From assembly GCA_964016885.1 (NCBI GenBank), contig OZ024740.1, positions 28,644,001-28,708,000 of the forward strand: a DNA stretch of 64,000 nucleotides, read 5' to 3'. The notes below the pieces were generated by a model, which did not search any database, had not been told where the DNA came from, and worked only from the letters and a program-made list of their open reading frames with translations. The position numbers and the translations under genes are program-made. The stretch is from Eledone cirrhosa (Eukaryota). This document shows positions 41,601 to 56,600 of the stretch, piece after piece (position 1 is the first letter of the stretch; each line of letters begins with the position of its first letter).

Positions 41601-44600
41601 AACAGCTGTCTTATATATGTGTCTACTGTGTTAACAGCTGTCTTATATATGTGTCTACTGTGTTAACAGCTGTGTTATATATGTGTCTACTGTGTCAACA
41701 GCTGTCTTATATATGTGTCTACTGTGTTAACAGCTGTCTTATATATGTGTCTACTGTGTTAACAGCTGTCTTACATATGTGTGTACTGTGTCAACAGCTG
41801 TGTTATATATGTGTCTACTGTGTTAACAGCTGTCTTATATATGTGTCTTCTGTGTTAACAGCTGTCTTATATATGTGTCTACTGTGTTAACAGCTGTGTT
41901 ATATATGTGTCTACTGTGTCAACAGCTGTGTTATATATGTGTCTACTGTGTTAACAGCTGTCTTACATATGTGTGTACTATGTCAACAGCTGTGTTATAT
42001 ATGTGTCTACTGTGTTAACAGCTGTCTTATATATGTGTCTACTGTGCTAACAGCTGTCTTATATATGTGTCTACTGTGTTAACAGATGTCTTATATATGT
42101 GTCTACTGTGCTAACAGCTGTCTTATATATGTGTCTACTGTGTTAACAGCTGTCTTATATATGTGTCTACTGGGCTAACAGCTGTCTTATATATGTGTCT
42201 ACTGTGTTAACAGCTGTCTTATATATGTGTCTACTGTGTTAACAGCTGTGTTATATATGTGTCTACTGTGCTAACAGCTGTCTTATATATGTGTCTACTG
42301 TGCTAACAGCTGTGTTATATATGTGTCGACAGTGTCAACAGCTGTCTTATATATGTGTCTACTGTGCTAACAGCTGTCTTATATATGTGTCTACTGTGCT
42401 AACAGCTGTGTTATATATGTGTCTACTGTGTCAACAGCTGTCTTATATATGTGTCTACTGTGCTAACAGCTGTGTTATATATGTGTCTACAGTGTCAACA
42501 GCTGTCTTATATATGTCTCTACTGTGTTAACAACTGTCTTATATATGTCTCTACTGTGCTAACAGCTGTCTTATATTTGTGTCTACAGTGTTAACAGCTG
42601 TCTTATATATGTGTCTACTGTGTCAACAGCTGTCTTATATATGTGTCTACTGTGCTAACAGCTGACTTATATATGTGTCTACTGTGCTAACAGCTATCTT
42701 ATATATGTGTCTACAGTGTCAACAGCTGTCTTATATATGTGTCTACTGTGTTAACAGCTGTCTTATATATGTCTCTACTGTGCTAACAGCTGTCTTATAT
42801 ATGTGTCTACTGTGTTAACAGCTGTCTTATATATGTGTCTACTGTGTCAACAGCTGTCTTATATATGTGTCTACTGTGCTAACAGCTGTGTTATATATGT
42901 GTCTACTGTGTTAAGAGCTGTCTTATATATGTGTCTACTGTGCTAACATCTGTCTTATATATGTGTCTACTGTGTCAACAGCTGTGTTATATATGTGTCT
43001 ACTGTGTTAACAGCTGTCTTATATATGTGTCTACTGTGCTAACAGCTGTGTTATATATGTGTCTACTGTGCTAACAGCTGTCTTATATATGTGTCTACAG
43101 TGTCAACAGCTGTCTTATATATGTGTCTACTGTGTTAACAGCTGTCTTATATATGTCTCTACTCTGCTAACAGCTGTCTTATATATGTGTCTACTGTGTT
43201 AACAGCTGTCTTATATATGTGTCTACTGTGTCAACAGCTGTCTTATATATGTGTCTACTGTGTTAACAGCTGTCTTATATATGTGTCTACTGTGTCAACA
43301 GCTGTGTTATATATGTGTCTTCTGTGTTAACAGCTGTCTTATATATGCGTCTACTGTGTTAACTGCTGTGTTATATATGTGTCTACTGTGTTAACAGCTG
43401 TCTTATATATGTGTCTACTGTGTTAACAGCTGTCTTATACATGTGTCTACTGTGTCAACAGCTGTGTTATATATGTGTCTACTGTGTTAACAGCTGTCTT
43501 ATATATGTGTCTACTGTGTCAACAGCTGTCTTATATATGTGTCTACTGTGTTAACAGCTGTCTTATATATGTGTCTACTGTGCTAACAGCTGTCTTATAT
43601 ATGCGTCTACTGTGTTAACAGCTGTCTTATATATGTGTCTACTGTGTTAACAGCTGTCTTATATATGCGTCTACTGTGTTAACAGCTGTCTTATATATGC
43701 GTCTACTGTGTCAACAGCTGTCTTATATATGCGTCTACTGTGTTAACAGCTGTCTTATATATGCGTCTACTGTGTCAAGAGCTGTCTTATATATGTGTCT
43801 ACTGTGTTAACAGCTGTCTTATATATGCGTCTACTGTGTTAACTGCTGTGTTATATATGTGTCTACTGTGTTAATAGCTGTCTTATATATGTGTCTACTG
43901 TGTTAACAGCTGTCTTAAATGTGTGTCTACTGTGTTAACAGCTGTCTTATATATGTGTCTACTGTGTCAACAGCTGTCTTATATATGTGTCTACTGTGTT
44001 AACAGCTGTCTTATATATGTGTCTACTGTGTTAACAGCTGTGTTATATATGTGTCTACTGTGTCAACAGCTGTCTTATATATGTGTCTACTGTGTTAACA
44101 GCTGTCTTATATATGTGTCTACTGTGTCAACAGCTGTCTTATATATGTGTCTACTGTGCTAACAGCTGTGTTATATATGTGTCTACTGTGTCAACAGCTG
44201 TGTTATATATGTGTCTACTGTGTTAACAGCTGTCTTATATATGTGTCTACTGTGCTAACAGCTGTGTTATATATGTGTCTACTGTGTTAAGAGCTGTCTT
44301 ATATATGTGTCTACTGTGCTAACAGCTGTCTTATATATGTGTCTACTGTGTTAACAGCTGTCTTATATATGTGTCTACTGTGTTAACAGCTGTCTTATAT
44401 ATGTGTCTACTGTGTCAACAGCTGTGTTATATATGTGTCTTCTGTGTTAACAGCTGTCTTATATATGCGTCTACTGTGTTAACTGCTGTGTTATATATGT
44501 GTCTACTGTGTTAACAGCTGTCTTATATATGTGTCTACTGTGTTAACAGCTGTCTTATACATGTGTCTACTGTGTCAACAGCTGTGTTATATATGTGTCT

Positions 44601-47600
44601 ACTGTGTTAACAGCTGTCTTATATATGTGTCTACTGTGTCAACAGCTGTCTTATATATGTGTCTACTGTGTTAACAGCTGTCTTATATATGTGTCTACTG
44701 TGCTAACAGCTGTCTTATATATGCGTCTACTGTGTTAACAGCTGTCTTATATATGTGTCTACTGTGTTAACAGCTGTCTTATATATGCGTCTACTGTGTT
44801 AACAGCTGTCTTATATATGCGTCTACTGTGTCAACAGCTGTCTTATATATGCGTCTACTGTGTTAACAGCTGTCTTATATATGCGTCTACTGTGTCAAGA
44901 GCTGTCTTATATATGTGTCTACTGTGTTAACAGCTGTCTTATATATGCGTCTACTGTGTTAACTGCTGTGTTATATATGTGTCTACTGTGTTAACAGCTG
45001 TCTTATATATGTGTCTACTGTGTTAACAGCTGTCTTAAATATGTGTCTACTGTGTTAACAGCTGTCTTATATATGTGTCTACTGTGTCAACAGCTGTCTT
45101 ATATATGTGTCTACTGTGTTAACAGCTGTCTTATATATGTGTCTACTGTGTTAACAGCTGTCTTATATATGTGTCTACTGTGTCAACAGCTGTCTTATAT
45201 ATGTGTCTACTGTGTTAACAGCTGTCTTATATATGTGTCTACTGTGTTAACAGCTGTCTTACATATGTGTGTACTGTGTCAACAGCTGTGTTATATATGT
45301 GTCTACTGTGTTAACAGCTGTCTTATATATGTGTCTTCTGTGTTAACAGCTGTCTTATATATGTGTCTACTGTGTCAACAGCTGTGTTATATATGTGTCT
45401 ACTGTGTTAACAGCTGTCTTACATATGTGTGTACTATGTCAACAGCTGTGTTATATATGTGTCTACTGTGTTAACAGCTGTCTTATATATGTGTCTACTG
45501 TGCTAACAGCTGTCTTATATATGTGTCTACTGTGTTAACAGATGTCTTATATATGTGTCTACTGTGCTAACAGCTGTCTTATATATGTGTCTACTGTGTT
45601 AACAGCTGTCTTATATATGTGTCTACTGGGCTAACAGCTGTCTTATATATGTGTCTACTGTGTTAACAGCTGTCTTATATATGTGTCTACTGTGTTAACA
45701 GCTGTGTTATATATGTGTCTACTGTGCTAACAGCTGTCTTATATATGTGTCTACTGTGCTAACGGCTGTGTTATATATGTGTCGACAGTGTCAACAGCTG
45801 TCTTATATATGTGTCTACTGTGCTAACAGCTGTCTTATATATGTGTCTACTGTGCTAACAGCTGTGTTATATATGTGTCTACTGTGTCAACAGCTGTCTT
45901 ATATATGTGTCTACTGTGCTAACAGCTGTGTTATATATGTGTCTACAGTGTCAACAGCTGTCTTATATATGTCTCTACTGTGTTAACAACTGTCTTATAT
46001 ATGTCTCTACTGTGCTAACAGCTGTCTTATATTTGTGTCTACAGTGTTAACAGCTGTCTTATATATGTGTCTACTGTGTCAACAGCTGTCTTATATATGT
46101 GTCTACTGTGCTAACAGCTGTCTTATATATGTGTCTACTGTGCTAACAGCTGTCTTATATATGTGTCTACAGTGTCAACAGCTGTCTTATATATGTGTCT
46201 ACTGTGTTAACAGCTGTCTTATATATGTCTCTACTGTGCTAACAGCTGTCTTATATATGTGTCTACTGTGTTAACAGCTGTCTTATATATGTGTCTACTG
46301 TGTCAACAGCTGTCTTATATATGTGTCTACTGTGCTAACAGCTGTGTTATATATGTGTCTACTGTGTTAAGAGCTGTCTTATATATGTGTCTACTGTGCT
46401 AACATCTGTCTTATATATGTGTCTACTGTGTCAACAGCTGTGTTATATATGTGTCTACTGTGTTAACAGCTGTCTTATATATGTGTCTACTGTGCTAACA
46501 GCTGTGTTATATATGTGTCTACTGTGCTAACAGCTGTCTTATATATGTGTCTACAGTGTCAACAGCTGTGTTATATATGTGTCTACTGTGTTAACAGCTG
46601 TCTTATATATGTCTCTACTCTGCTAACAGCTGTCTTATATATGTGTCTACTGTGTTAACAGCTGTCTTATATATGTGTCTACTGTGTCAACAGCTGTCTT
46701 ATATATGTGTCTACTGTGTTAACAGCTGTCTTATATATGTGTCTACTGTGTCAACAGCTGTGTTATATATGTGTCTTCTGTGTTAACAGCTGTCTTATAT
46801 ATGCGTCTACTGTGTTAACTGCTGTGTTATATATGTGTCTACTGTGTTAACAGCTGTCTTATATATGTGTCTACTGTGTTAACAGCTGTCTTATACATGT
46901 GTCTACTGTGTCAACAGCTGTGTTATATATGTGTCTACTGTGTTAACAGCTGTCTTATATATGTGTCTACTGTGTCAACAGCTGTCTTATATATGTGTCT
47001 ACTGTGTTAACAGCTGTCTTATATATGTGTCTACTGTGCTAACAGCTGTCTTATATATGCGTCTACTGTGTTAACAGCTGTCTTATATATGTGTCTACTG
47101 TGTTAACAGCTGTCTTATATATGCGTCTACTGTGTTAACAGCTGTCTTATATATGCGTCTACTGTGTCAACAGCTGTCTTATATATGCGTCTACTGTGTT
47201 AACAGCTGTCTTATATATGCGTCTACTGTGTCAAGAGCTGTCTTATATATGTGTCTACTGTGTTAACAGCTGTCTTATATATGCGTCTACTGTGTTAACT
47301 GCTGTGTTATATATGTGTCTACTGTGTTAATAGCTGTCTTATATATGTGTCTACTGTGTTAACAGCTGTCTTAAATGTGTGTCTACTGTGTTAACAGCTG
47401 TCTTATATATGTGTCTACTGTGTCAACAGCTGTCTTATATATGTGTCTACTGTGTTAACAGCTGTCTTATATATGTGTCTACTGTGTTAACAGCTGTGTT
47501 ATATATGTGTCTACTGTGTCAACAGCTGTCTTATATATGTGTCTACTGTGTTAACAGCTGTCTTATATATGTGTCTACTGTGTCAACAGCTGTCTTATAT

Positions 47601-50600
47601 ATGTGTCTACTGTGCTAACAGCTGTGTTATATATGTGTCTACTGTGTCAACAGCTGTGTTATATATGTGTCTACTGTGTTAACAGCTGTCTTATATATGT
47701 GTCTACTGTGCTAACAGCTGTGTTATATATGTGTCTACTGTGTTAAGAGCTGTCTTATATATGTGTCTACTGTGCTAACAGCTGTCTTATATATGTGTCT
47801 ACTGTGTTAACAGCTGTCTTATATATGTGTCTACTGTGTTAACAGCTGTCTTATATATGTGTCTACTGTGTCAACAGCTGTGTTATATATGTGTCTTCTG
47901 TGTTAACAGCTGTCTTATATATGCGTCTACTGTGTTAACTGCTGTGTTATATATGTGTCTACTGTGTTAACAGCTGTCTTATATATGTGTCTACTGTGTT
48001 AACAGCTGTCTTATACATGTGTCTACTGTGTCAACAGCTGTGTTATATATGTGTCTACTGTGTTAACAGCTGTCTTATATATGTGTCTACTGTGTCAACA
48101 GCTGTCTTATATATGTGTCTACTGTGTTAACAGCTGTCTTATATATGTGTCTACTGTGCTAACAGCTGTCTTATATATGCGTCTACTGTGTTAACAGCTG
48201 TCTTATATATGTGTCTACTGTGTTAACAGCTGTCTTATATATGCGTCTACTGTGTTTACAGCTGTCTTATATATGCGTCTACTGTGTCAACAGCTGTCTT
48301 ATATATGCGTCTACTGTGTTAACAGCTGTCTTATATATGCGTCTACTGTGTCAAGAGCTGTCTTATATATGTGTCTACTGTGTTAACAGCTGTCTTATAT
48401 ATGCGTCTACTGTGTTAACTGCTGTGTTATATATGTGTCTACTGTGTTAACAGCTGTCTTATATATGTGTCTACTGTGTTAACAGCTGTCTTAAATATGT
48501 GTCTACTGTGTTAACAGCTGTCTTATATATGTGTCTACTGTGTCAACAGCTGTCTTATATATGTGTCTACTGTGTTAACAGCTGTCTTATATATGTGTCT
48601 ACTGTGTTAACAGCTGTCTTATATATGTGTCTACTGTGTCAACAGCTGTCTTATATATGTGTCTACTGTGTTAACAGCTGTCTTATATATGTGTCTACTG
48701 TGTTAACAGCTGTCTTACATATGTGTGTACTGTGTCAACAGCTGTGTTATATATGTGTCTACTGTGTTAACAGCTGTCTTATATATGTGTCTTCTGTGTT
48801 AACAGCTGTCTTATATATGTGTCTACTGTGTTAACAGCTGTGTTATATATGTGTCTACTGTGTCAACAGCTGTGTTATATATGTGTCTACTGTGTTAACA
48901 GCTGTCTTACATATGTGTGTACTATGTCAACAGCTGTGATATATATGTGTCTACTGTGTTAACAGCTGTCTTATATATGTGTCTACTGTGCTAACAGCTG
49001 TCTTATATATGTGTCTACTGTGCTAACAGCTGTCTTATATATGTGTCTACTGTGTTAACAGATGTCTTATATATGTGTCTACTGTGTTAACAGCAGTCTT
49101 ATATATGTCTCTACTGTGTTAACAGCTGTCTTATATATGTGTCTTCTGTGTTAACAGCTGTCTTATATATGTCTCTACTGTGCTAACAGCTGTCTTATAT
49201 ATGTGTCTACTGTGTTAACAGCTGTCTTATATATGTGTCTACTGGGCTAACAGCTGTCTTATATATGTGTCTACTGTGTTAACAGCTGTCTTATATATGT
49301 GTCTACTGTGTTAACAGCTGTGTTATATATGTGTCTACTGTGTTAACAGCTGTCTTATATATGTGTCTACTGTGCTAACAGCTGTGTTATATATGTGTCG
49401 ACAGTGTCAACAGCTGTCTTATATATGTGTCTACTGTGCTAACAGCTGTCTTATATATGTGTCTACCGTGCTAACAGCTGTGTTATATATGTGTCTACTG
49501 TGTCAACAGCTGTCTTATATATGTGTCTACTGTGCTAACAGCTGTGTTATATATGTGTCTACAGTGTCAACAGCTGTCTTATATATGTCTCTACTGTGTT
49601 AACAACTGTCTTATATATGTCTCTACTGTGCTAACAGCTGTCTTATATATGTGTCTACAGTGTTAACAGCTGTCTTATATATGTGTCTACTGTGTCAACA
49701 GCTGTCTTATATATGTGTCTACTGTGCTAACAGCTGTCTTATATATGTGTCTACTGTGCTAACAGCTGTCTTATATATGTGTCTACAGTGTCAACAGCTG
49801 TCTTATATATGTGTCTACTGTGTTAACAGCTGTCTTATATATGTCTCTACTGTGCTAACAGCTGTCTTATATATGTGTCTACTGTGCTAACAGCTGTGTT
49901 ATATATGTGTCTACAGTGTCAACAGCTGTCTTATATATGTGTCTACTGTGTTAACAGCTGTCTTATATATGTCTCTACTGTGCTAACAGCTCTCTTATAT
50001 ATGTGTCTACTGTGCTAACAGCTGTGTTATATATGTGTCTACTGTGTTAAGAGCTGTCTTATATATGTGTCTACTGTGCTAACATCTGTCTTATATATGT
50101 GTCTACTGTGTCAACAGCTGTGTTATATATGTGTCTACTGTGTTAACAGCTGTCTTATATATGTGTCTACTGTGCTAACAGCTGTGTTATATATGTGTCT
50201 ACTGTGCTAACAGCTGTCTTATATATGTGTCTACAGTGTCAACAGCTGTCTTATATATGTGTCTACTGTGTTAACAGCTGTCTTATATATGTCTCTACTC
50301 TGCTAACAGCTGTCTTATATATGTGTCTACTGTGTTAACAGCTGTCTTATATATGTGTCTACTGTGTCAACAGCTGTCTTATATATGTGTCTACTGTGTT
50401 AACAGCTGTCTTATATATGTGTCTACTGTGTCAACAGCTGTGTTATATATGTGTCTTCTGTGTTAACAGCTGTCTTATATATGCGTCTACTGTGTTAACT
50501 GCTGTGTTATATATGTGTCTACTGTGTTAACAGCTGTCTTATATATGTGTCTACTGTGTTAACAGCTGTCTTATACATGTGTCTACTGTGTCAACAGCTG

Positions 50601-53600
50601 TGTTATATATGTGTCTACTGTGTTAACAGCTGTCTTATATATGTGTCTACTGTGCTAACAGCTGTGTTATATATGTGTCTACTGTGTTAAGAGCTGTCTT
50701 ATATATGTGTCTACTGTGCTAACATCTGTCTTATATATGTGTCTACTGTGTTAACAGCTGTCTTATATATGTGTCTACTGTGTTAACAGCTGTCTTATAT
50801 ATGTGTCTACTGTGTCAACAGCTGTGTTATATATGTGTCTTCTGTGTTAACAGCTGTCTTATATATGCGTCTACTGTGTTAACTGCTGTGTTATATATGT
50901 GTCTACTGTGTTAACAACTGTCTTATATATGTGTCTACTGTGTTAACAGCTGTCTTATACATGTGTCTACTGTGTCAACAGCTGTGTTATATATGTGTCT
51001 ACTGTGTTAACAGCTGTCTTATATATGTGTCTACTGTGTCAACAGCTGTCTTATATATGTGTCTACTGTGTTAACAGCTGTCTTATATATGCGTCTACTG
51101 TGTTAACAGCTGTCTTATATATGCGTCTACTGTGTCAACAGCTGTCTTATATATGCGTCTACTGTGTTAACAGCTGTCTTATATATGTGTCTACTGTGTT
51201 AACAGCTGTCTTACATATGTGTGTACTGTGTCAACAGCTGTGCTATATATGTGTCTACTGTGTTAACAGCTGTCTTATATATGTGTCTACTGTGTTAACA
51301 GCTGTCTTATATATGTGTCTTCTGTGTTAACAGCTGTCTTATATATGTGTCTACTGTGTTAACAGCTGTCTTATATATGTGTCTACTGTGTTAACAGCTG
51401 TCTTACATATGTGTGTACTGTGTCAACAGCTGTGTTATATATGTTTCTACTGTGTTAACAGCTGTCTTATATATGTGTCTACTGTGTTAACAGCTGTGTT
51501 ATATATGTGTCTACTGTGTTAACAGCTGTCTTATATATGTGTCTACTGTGTTAACAGCTGTGTTATATATGTGTCTACTGTGTCAACAGTTGTGTTATAT
51601 ATGTGTCTACTGTGTTAACAGCTGTCTTACATATGTGTGTACTGTGTCAACAGCTGTGTTATATATTTGTCTACTGTGTTAACAGCTGTCTTATATACGT
51701 GTCTACTGTGCTAACAGCTGTCTTATATATGTGTCTACTGTGTTAACAGATGTCTTATATATGTGTCTACTGTGCTAACAGCTGTCTTATATATGTGTCT
51801 ACTGTGTTAACAGATGTTTTATATATGTGTCTACTGTGTTAACAGCTGTGTTATATATGTGTCTACTGTGTCAACAGCTGTCTTATATATGTGTCTACTG
51901 TGTTAACAGCTGTCTTATATATGTCTCTACTGTGTTAACAGCTGTCTTATATATGTGTCTTCTGTGTTAACAGCTGTCTTATATATGTCTCTACTGTGCT
52001 AACAGCTGTCTTATATATGTGTCTACTGTGTTAACAGCTGTCTTATATATGTGTCTACTGTGCTAACAGCTGTCTTATATATGTGTCTACTGTGTTAACA
52101 GCTGTCTTATATATGTGTCTACTGTGTTAACAGCTGTGTTATATATGTGTCTACTGTGCTAACAGCTGTCTTATATATGTGTCTACAGTGTCAACAGCTG
52201 TCTTATATATCTGTCTACTGTGTCAACAGCTGTCTTATATATGTGTCTGCTGTGCTAACAGCTGTCTTATATATGTGTCTACTGTGCTAACAGCTGTCTT
52301 ATATATGTGTCTACAGTGTCAACAGCTGTCTTATATATGTGTCTACTGTGTTAACAGCTGTCTTATATATGTCTCTACTGTGCTAACAGCTGTCTTATAT
52401 ATGTGTCTACTGTGTTAACAGCTGTCTTATATATGTGTCTACTGTGTCAACAGCTGTCTTATATATGTGTCTACTGTGCTAACAGCTGTGTTATATATGT
52501 GTCTACTGTGTCAACAGCTGTGTTATATATGTGTCTACTGTGTTAACAGCTGTCTTATATATGTGTCTACTGTGCTAACAGCTGTGTTATATATGTGTCT
52601 ACTGTGTTAAGAGCTGTCTTATATATGTGTCTACTGTGCTAACAGCTGTCTTATATATGTGTCTACTGTGTTAACAGCTGTCTTATATATGTGTCTACTG
52701 TGTTAACAGCTGTCTTATATATGTGTCTACTGTGTCAACAGCTGTGTTATATATGTGTCTTCTGTGTTAACAGCTGTCTTATATATGCGTCTACTGTGTT
52801 AACTGCTGTGTTATATATGTGTCTACTGTGTTAACAGCTGTCTTATATATGTGTCTACTGTGTTAACAGCTGTCTTATACATGTGTCTACTGTGTCAACA
52901 GCTGTGTTATATATGTGTCTACTGTGTTAACAGCTGTCTTATATATGTGTCTACTGTGTCAACAGCTGTCTTATATATGTGTCTACTGTGTTAACAGCTG
53001 TCTTATATATGTGTCTACTGTGCTAACAGCTGTCTTATATATGCGTCTACTGTGTTAACAGCTGTCTTATATATGTGTCTACTGTGTTAACAGCTGTCTT
53101 ATATATGCGTCTACTGTGTTAACAGCTGTCTTATATATGCGTCTACTGTGTCAACAGCTGTCTTATATATGCGTCTACTGTGTTAACAGCTGTCTTATAT
53201 ATGCGTCTACTGTGTCAAGAGCTGTCTTATATATGTGTCTACTGTGTTAACAGCTGTCTTATATATGCGTCTACTGTGTTAACTGCTGTGTTATATATGT
53301 GTCTACTGTGTTAACAGCTGTCTTATATATGTGTCTACTGTGTTAACAGCTGTCTTAAATATGTGTCTACTGTGTTAACAGCTGTCTTATATATGTGTCT
53401 ACTGTGTCAACAGCTGTCTTATATATGTGTCTACTGTGTTAACAGCTGTCTTATATATGTGTCTACTGTGTTAACAGCTGTGTTATATATGTGTCTACTG
53501 TGTCAACAGCTGTCTTATATATGTGTCTACTGTGTTAACAGCTGTCTTATATATGTGTCTACTGTGTTAACAGCTGTCTTACATATGTGTGTACTGTGTC

Positions 53601-56600
53601 AACAGCTGTGTTATATATGTGTCTACTGTGTTAACAGCTGTCTTATATATGTGTCTTCTGTGTTAACAGCTGTCTTATATATGTGTCTACTGTGTTAACA
53701 GCTGTGTTATATATGTGTCTACTGTGTCAACAGCTGTGTTATATATGTGTCTACTGTGTTAACAGCTGTCTTACATATGTGTGTACTATGTCAACAGCTG
53801 TGTTATATATGTGTCTACTGTGTTATATATGTGTCTACTGTGTTAACAGCTGTCTTATATATGTGTCTACTGTGCTAACAGCTGTCTTATATATGTGTCT
53901 ACTGTGTTAACAGATGTCTTATATATGTGTCTACTGTGCTAACAGCTGTCTTATATATGTGTCTACTGTGTTAACAGCTGTCTTATATATGTGTCTACTG
54001 GGCTAACAGCTGTCTTATATATGTGTCTACTGTGTTAACAGCTGTCTTATATATGTGTCTACTGTGTTAACAGCTGTGTTATATATGTGTCTACTGTGCT
54101 AACAGCTGTCTTATATATGTGTCTACTGTGCTAACAGCTGTGTTATATATGTGTCGACAGTGTCAACAGCTGTCTTATATATGTGTCTACTGTGCTAACA
54201 GCTGTCTTATATATGTGTCTACTGTGCTAACAGCTGTGTTATATATGTGTCTACTGTGTCAACAGCTGTCTTATATATGTGTCTACTGTGCTAACAGCTG
54301 TGTTATATATGTGTCTACAGTGTCAACAGCTGTCTTATATATGTCTCTACTGTGTTAACAACTGTCTTATATATGTCTCTACTGTGCTAACAGCTGTCTT
54401 ATATTTGTGTCTACAGTGTTAACAGCTGTCTTATATATGTGTCTACTGTGTCAACAGCTGTCTTATATATGTGTCTACTGTGCTAACAGCTGTCTTATAT
54501 ATGTGTCTACTGTGCTAACAGCTGTCTTATATATGTGTCTACAGTGTCAACAGCTGTCTTATATATGTGTCTACTGTGTTAACAGCTGTCTTATATATGT
54601 CTCTACTGTGCTAACAGCTGTCTTATATATGTGTCTACTGTGTTAACAGCTGTCTTATATATGTGTCTACTGTGTCAACAGCTGTCTTATATATGTGTCT
54701 ACTGTGCTAACAGCTGTGTTATATATGTGTCTACTGTGTTAAGAGCTGTCTTATATATGTGTCTACTGTGCTAACATCTGTCTTATATATGTGTCTACTG
54801 TGTCAACAGCTGTGTTATATATGTGTCTACTGTGTTAACAGCTGTCTTATATATGTGTCTACTGTGCTAACAGCTGTGTTATATATGTGTCTACTGTGCT
54901 AACAGCTGTCTTATATATGTGTCTACAGTGTCAACAGCTGTCTTATATATGTGTCTACTGTGTTAACAGCTGTCTTATATATGTCTCTACTCTGCTAACA
55001 GCTGTCTTATATATGTGTCTACTGTGTTAACAGCTGTCTTATATATGTGTCTACTGTGTCAACAGCTGTCTTATATATGTGTCTACTGTGTTAACAGCTG
55101 TCTTATATATGTGTCTACTGTGTCAACAGCTGTGTTATATATGTGTCTTCTGTGTTAACAGCTGTCTTATATATGCGTCTACTGTGTTAACTGCTGTGTT
55201 ATATATGTGTCTACTGTGTTAACAGCTGTCTTATATATGTGTCTACTGTGTTAACAGCTGTCTTATACATGTGTCTACTGTGTCAACAGCTGTGTTATAT
55301 ATGTGTCTACTGTGTTAACAGCTGTCTTATATATGTGTCTACTGTGTCAACAGCTGTCTTATATATGTGTCTACTGTGTTAACAGCTGTCTTATATATGT
55401 GTCTACTGTGCTAACAGCTGTCTTATATATGCGTCTACTGTGTTAACAGCTGTCTTATATATGTGTCTACTGTGTTAACAGCTGTCTTATATATGCGTCT
55501 ACTGTGTTAACAGCTGTCTTATATATGCGTCTACTGTGTCAACAGCTGTCTTATATATGCGTCTACTGTGTTAACAGCTGTCTTATATATGCGTCTACTG
55601 TGTCAAGAGCTGTCTTATATATGTGTCTACTGTGTTAACAGCTGTCTTATATATGCGTCTACTGTGTTAACTGCTGTGTTATATATGTGTCTACTGTGTT
55701 AATAGCTGTCTTATATATGTGTCTACTGTGTTAACAGCTGTCTTAAATGTGTGTCTACTGTGTTAACAGCTGTCTTATATATGTGTCTACTGTGTCAACA
55801 GCTGTCTTATATATGTGTCTACTGTGTTAACAGCTGTCTTATATATGTGTCTACTGTGTTAACAGCTGTGTTATATATGTGTCTACTGTGTCAACAGCTG
55901 TCTTATATATGTGTCTACTGTGTTAACAGCTGTCTTATATATGTGTCTACTGTGTCAACAGCTGTCTTATATATGTGTCTACTGTGCTAACAGCTGTGTT
56001 ATATATGTGTCTACTGTGTCAACAGCTGTGTTATATATGTGTCTACTGTGTTAACAGCTGTCTTATATATGTGTCTACTGTGCTAACAGCTGTGTTATAT
56101 ATGTGTCTACTGTGTTAAGAGCTGTCTTATATATGTGTCTACTGTGCTAACAGCTGTCTTATATATGTGTCTACTGTGTTAACAGCTGTCTTATATATGT
56201 GTCTACTGTGTTAACAGCTGTCTTATATATGTGTCTACTGTGTCAACAGCTGTGTTATATATGTGTCTTCTGTGTTAACAGCTGTCTTATATATGCGTCT
56301 ACTGTGTTAACTGCTGTGTTATATATGTGTCTACTGTGTTAACAGCTGTCTTATATATGTGTCTACTGTGTTAACAGCTGTCTTATACATGTGTCTACTG
56401 TGTCAACAGCTGTGTTATATATGTGTCTACTGTGTTAACAGCTGTCTTATATATGTGTCTACTGTGTCAACAGCTGTCTTATATATGTGTCTACTGTGTT
56501 AACAGCTGTCTTATATATGTGTCTACTGTGCTAACAGCTGTCTTATATATGCGTCTACTGTGTTAACAGCTGTCTTATATATGTGTCTACTGTGTTAACA

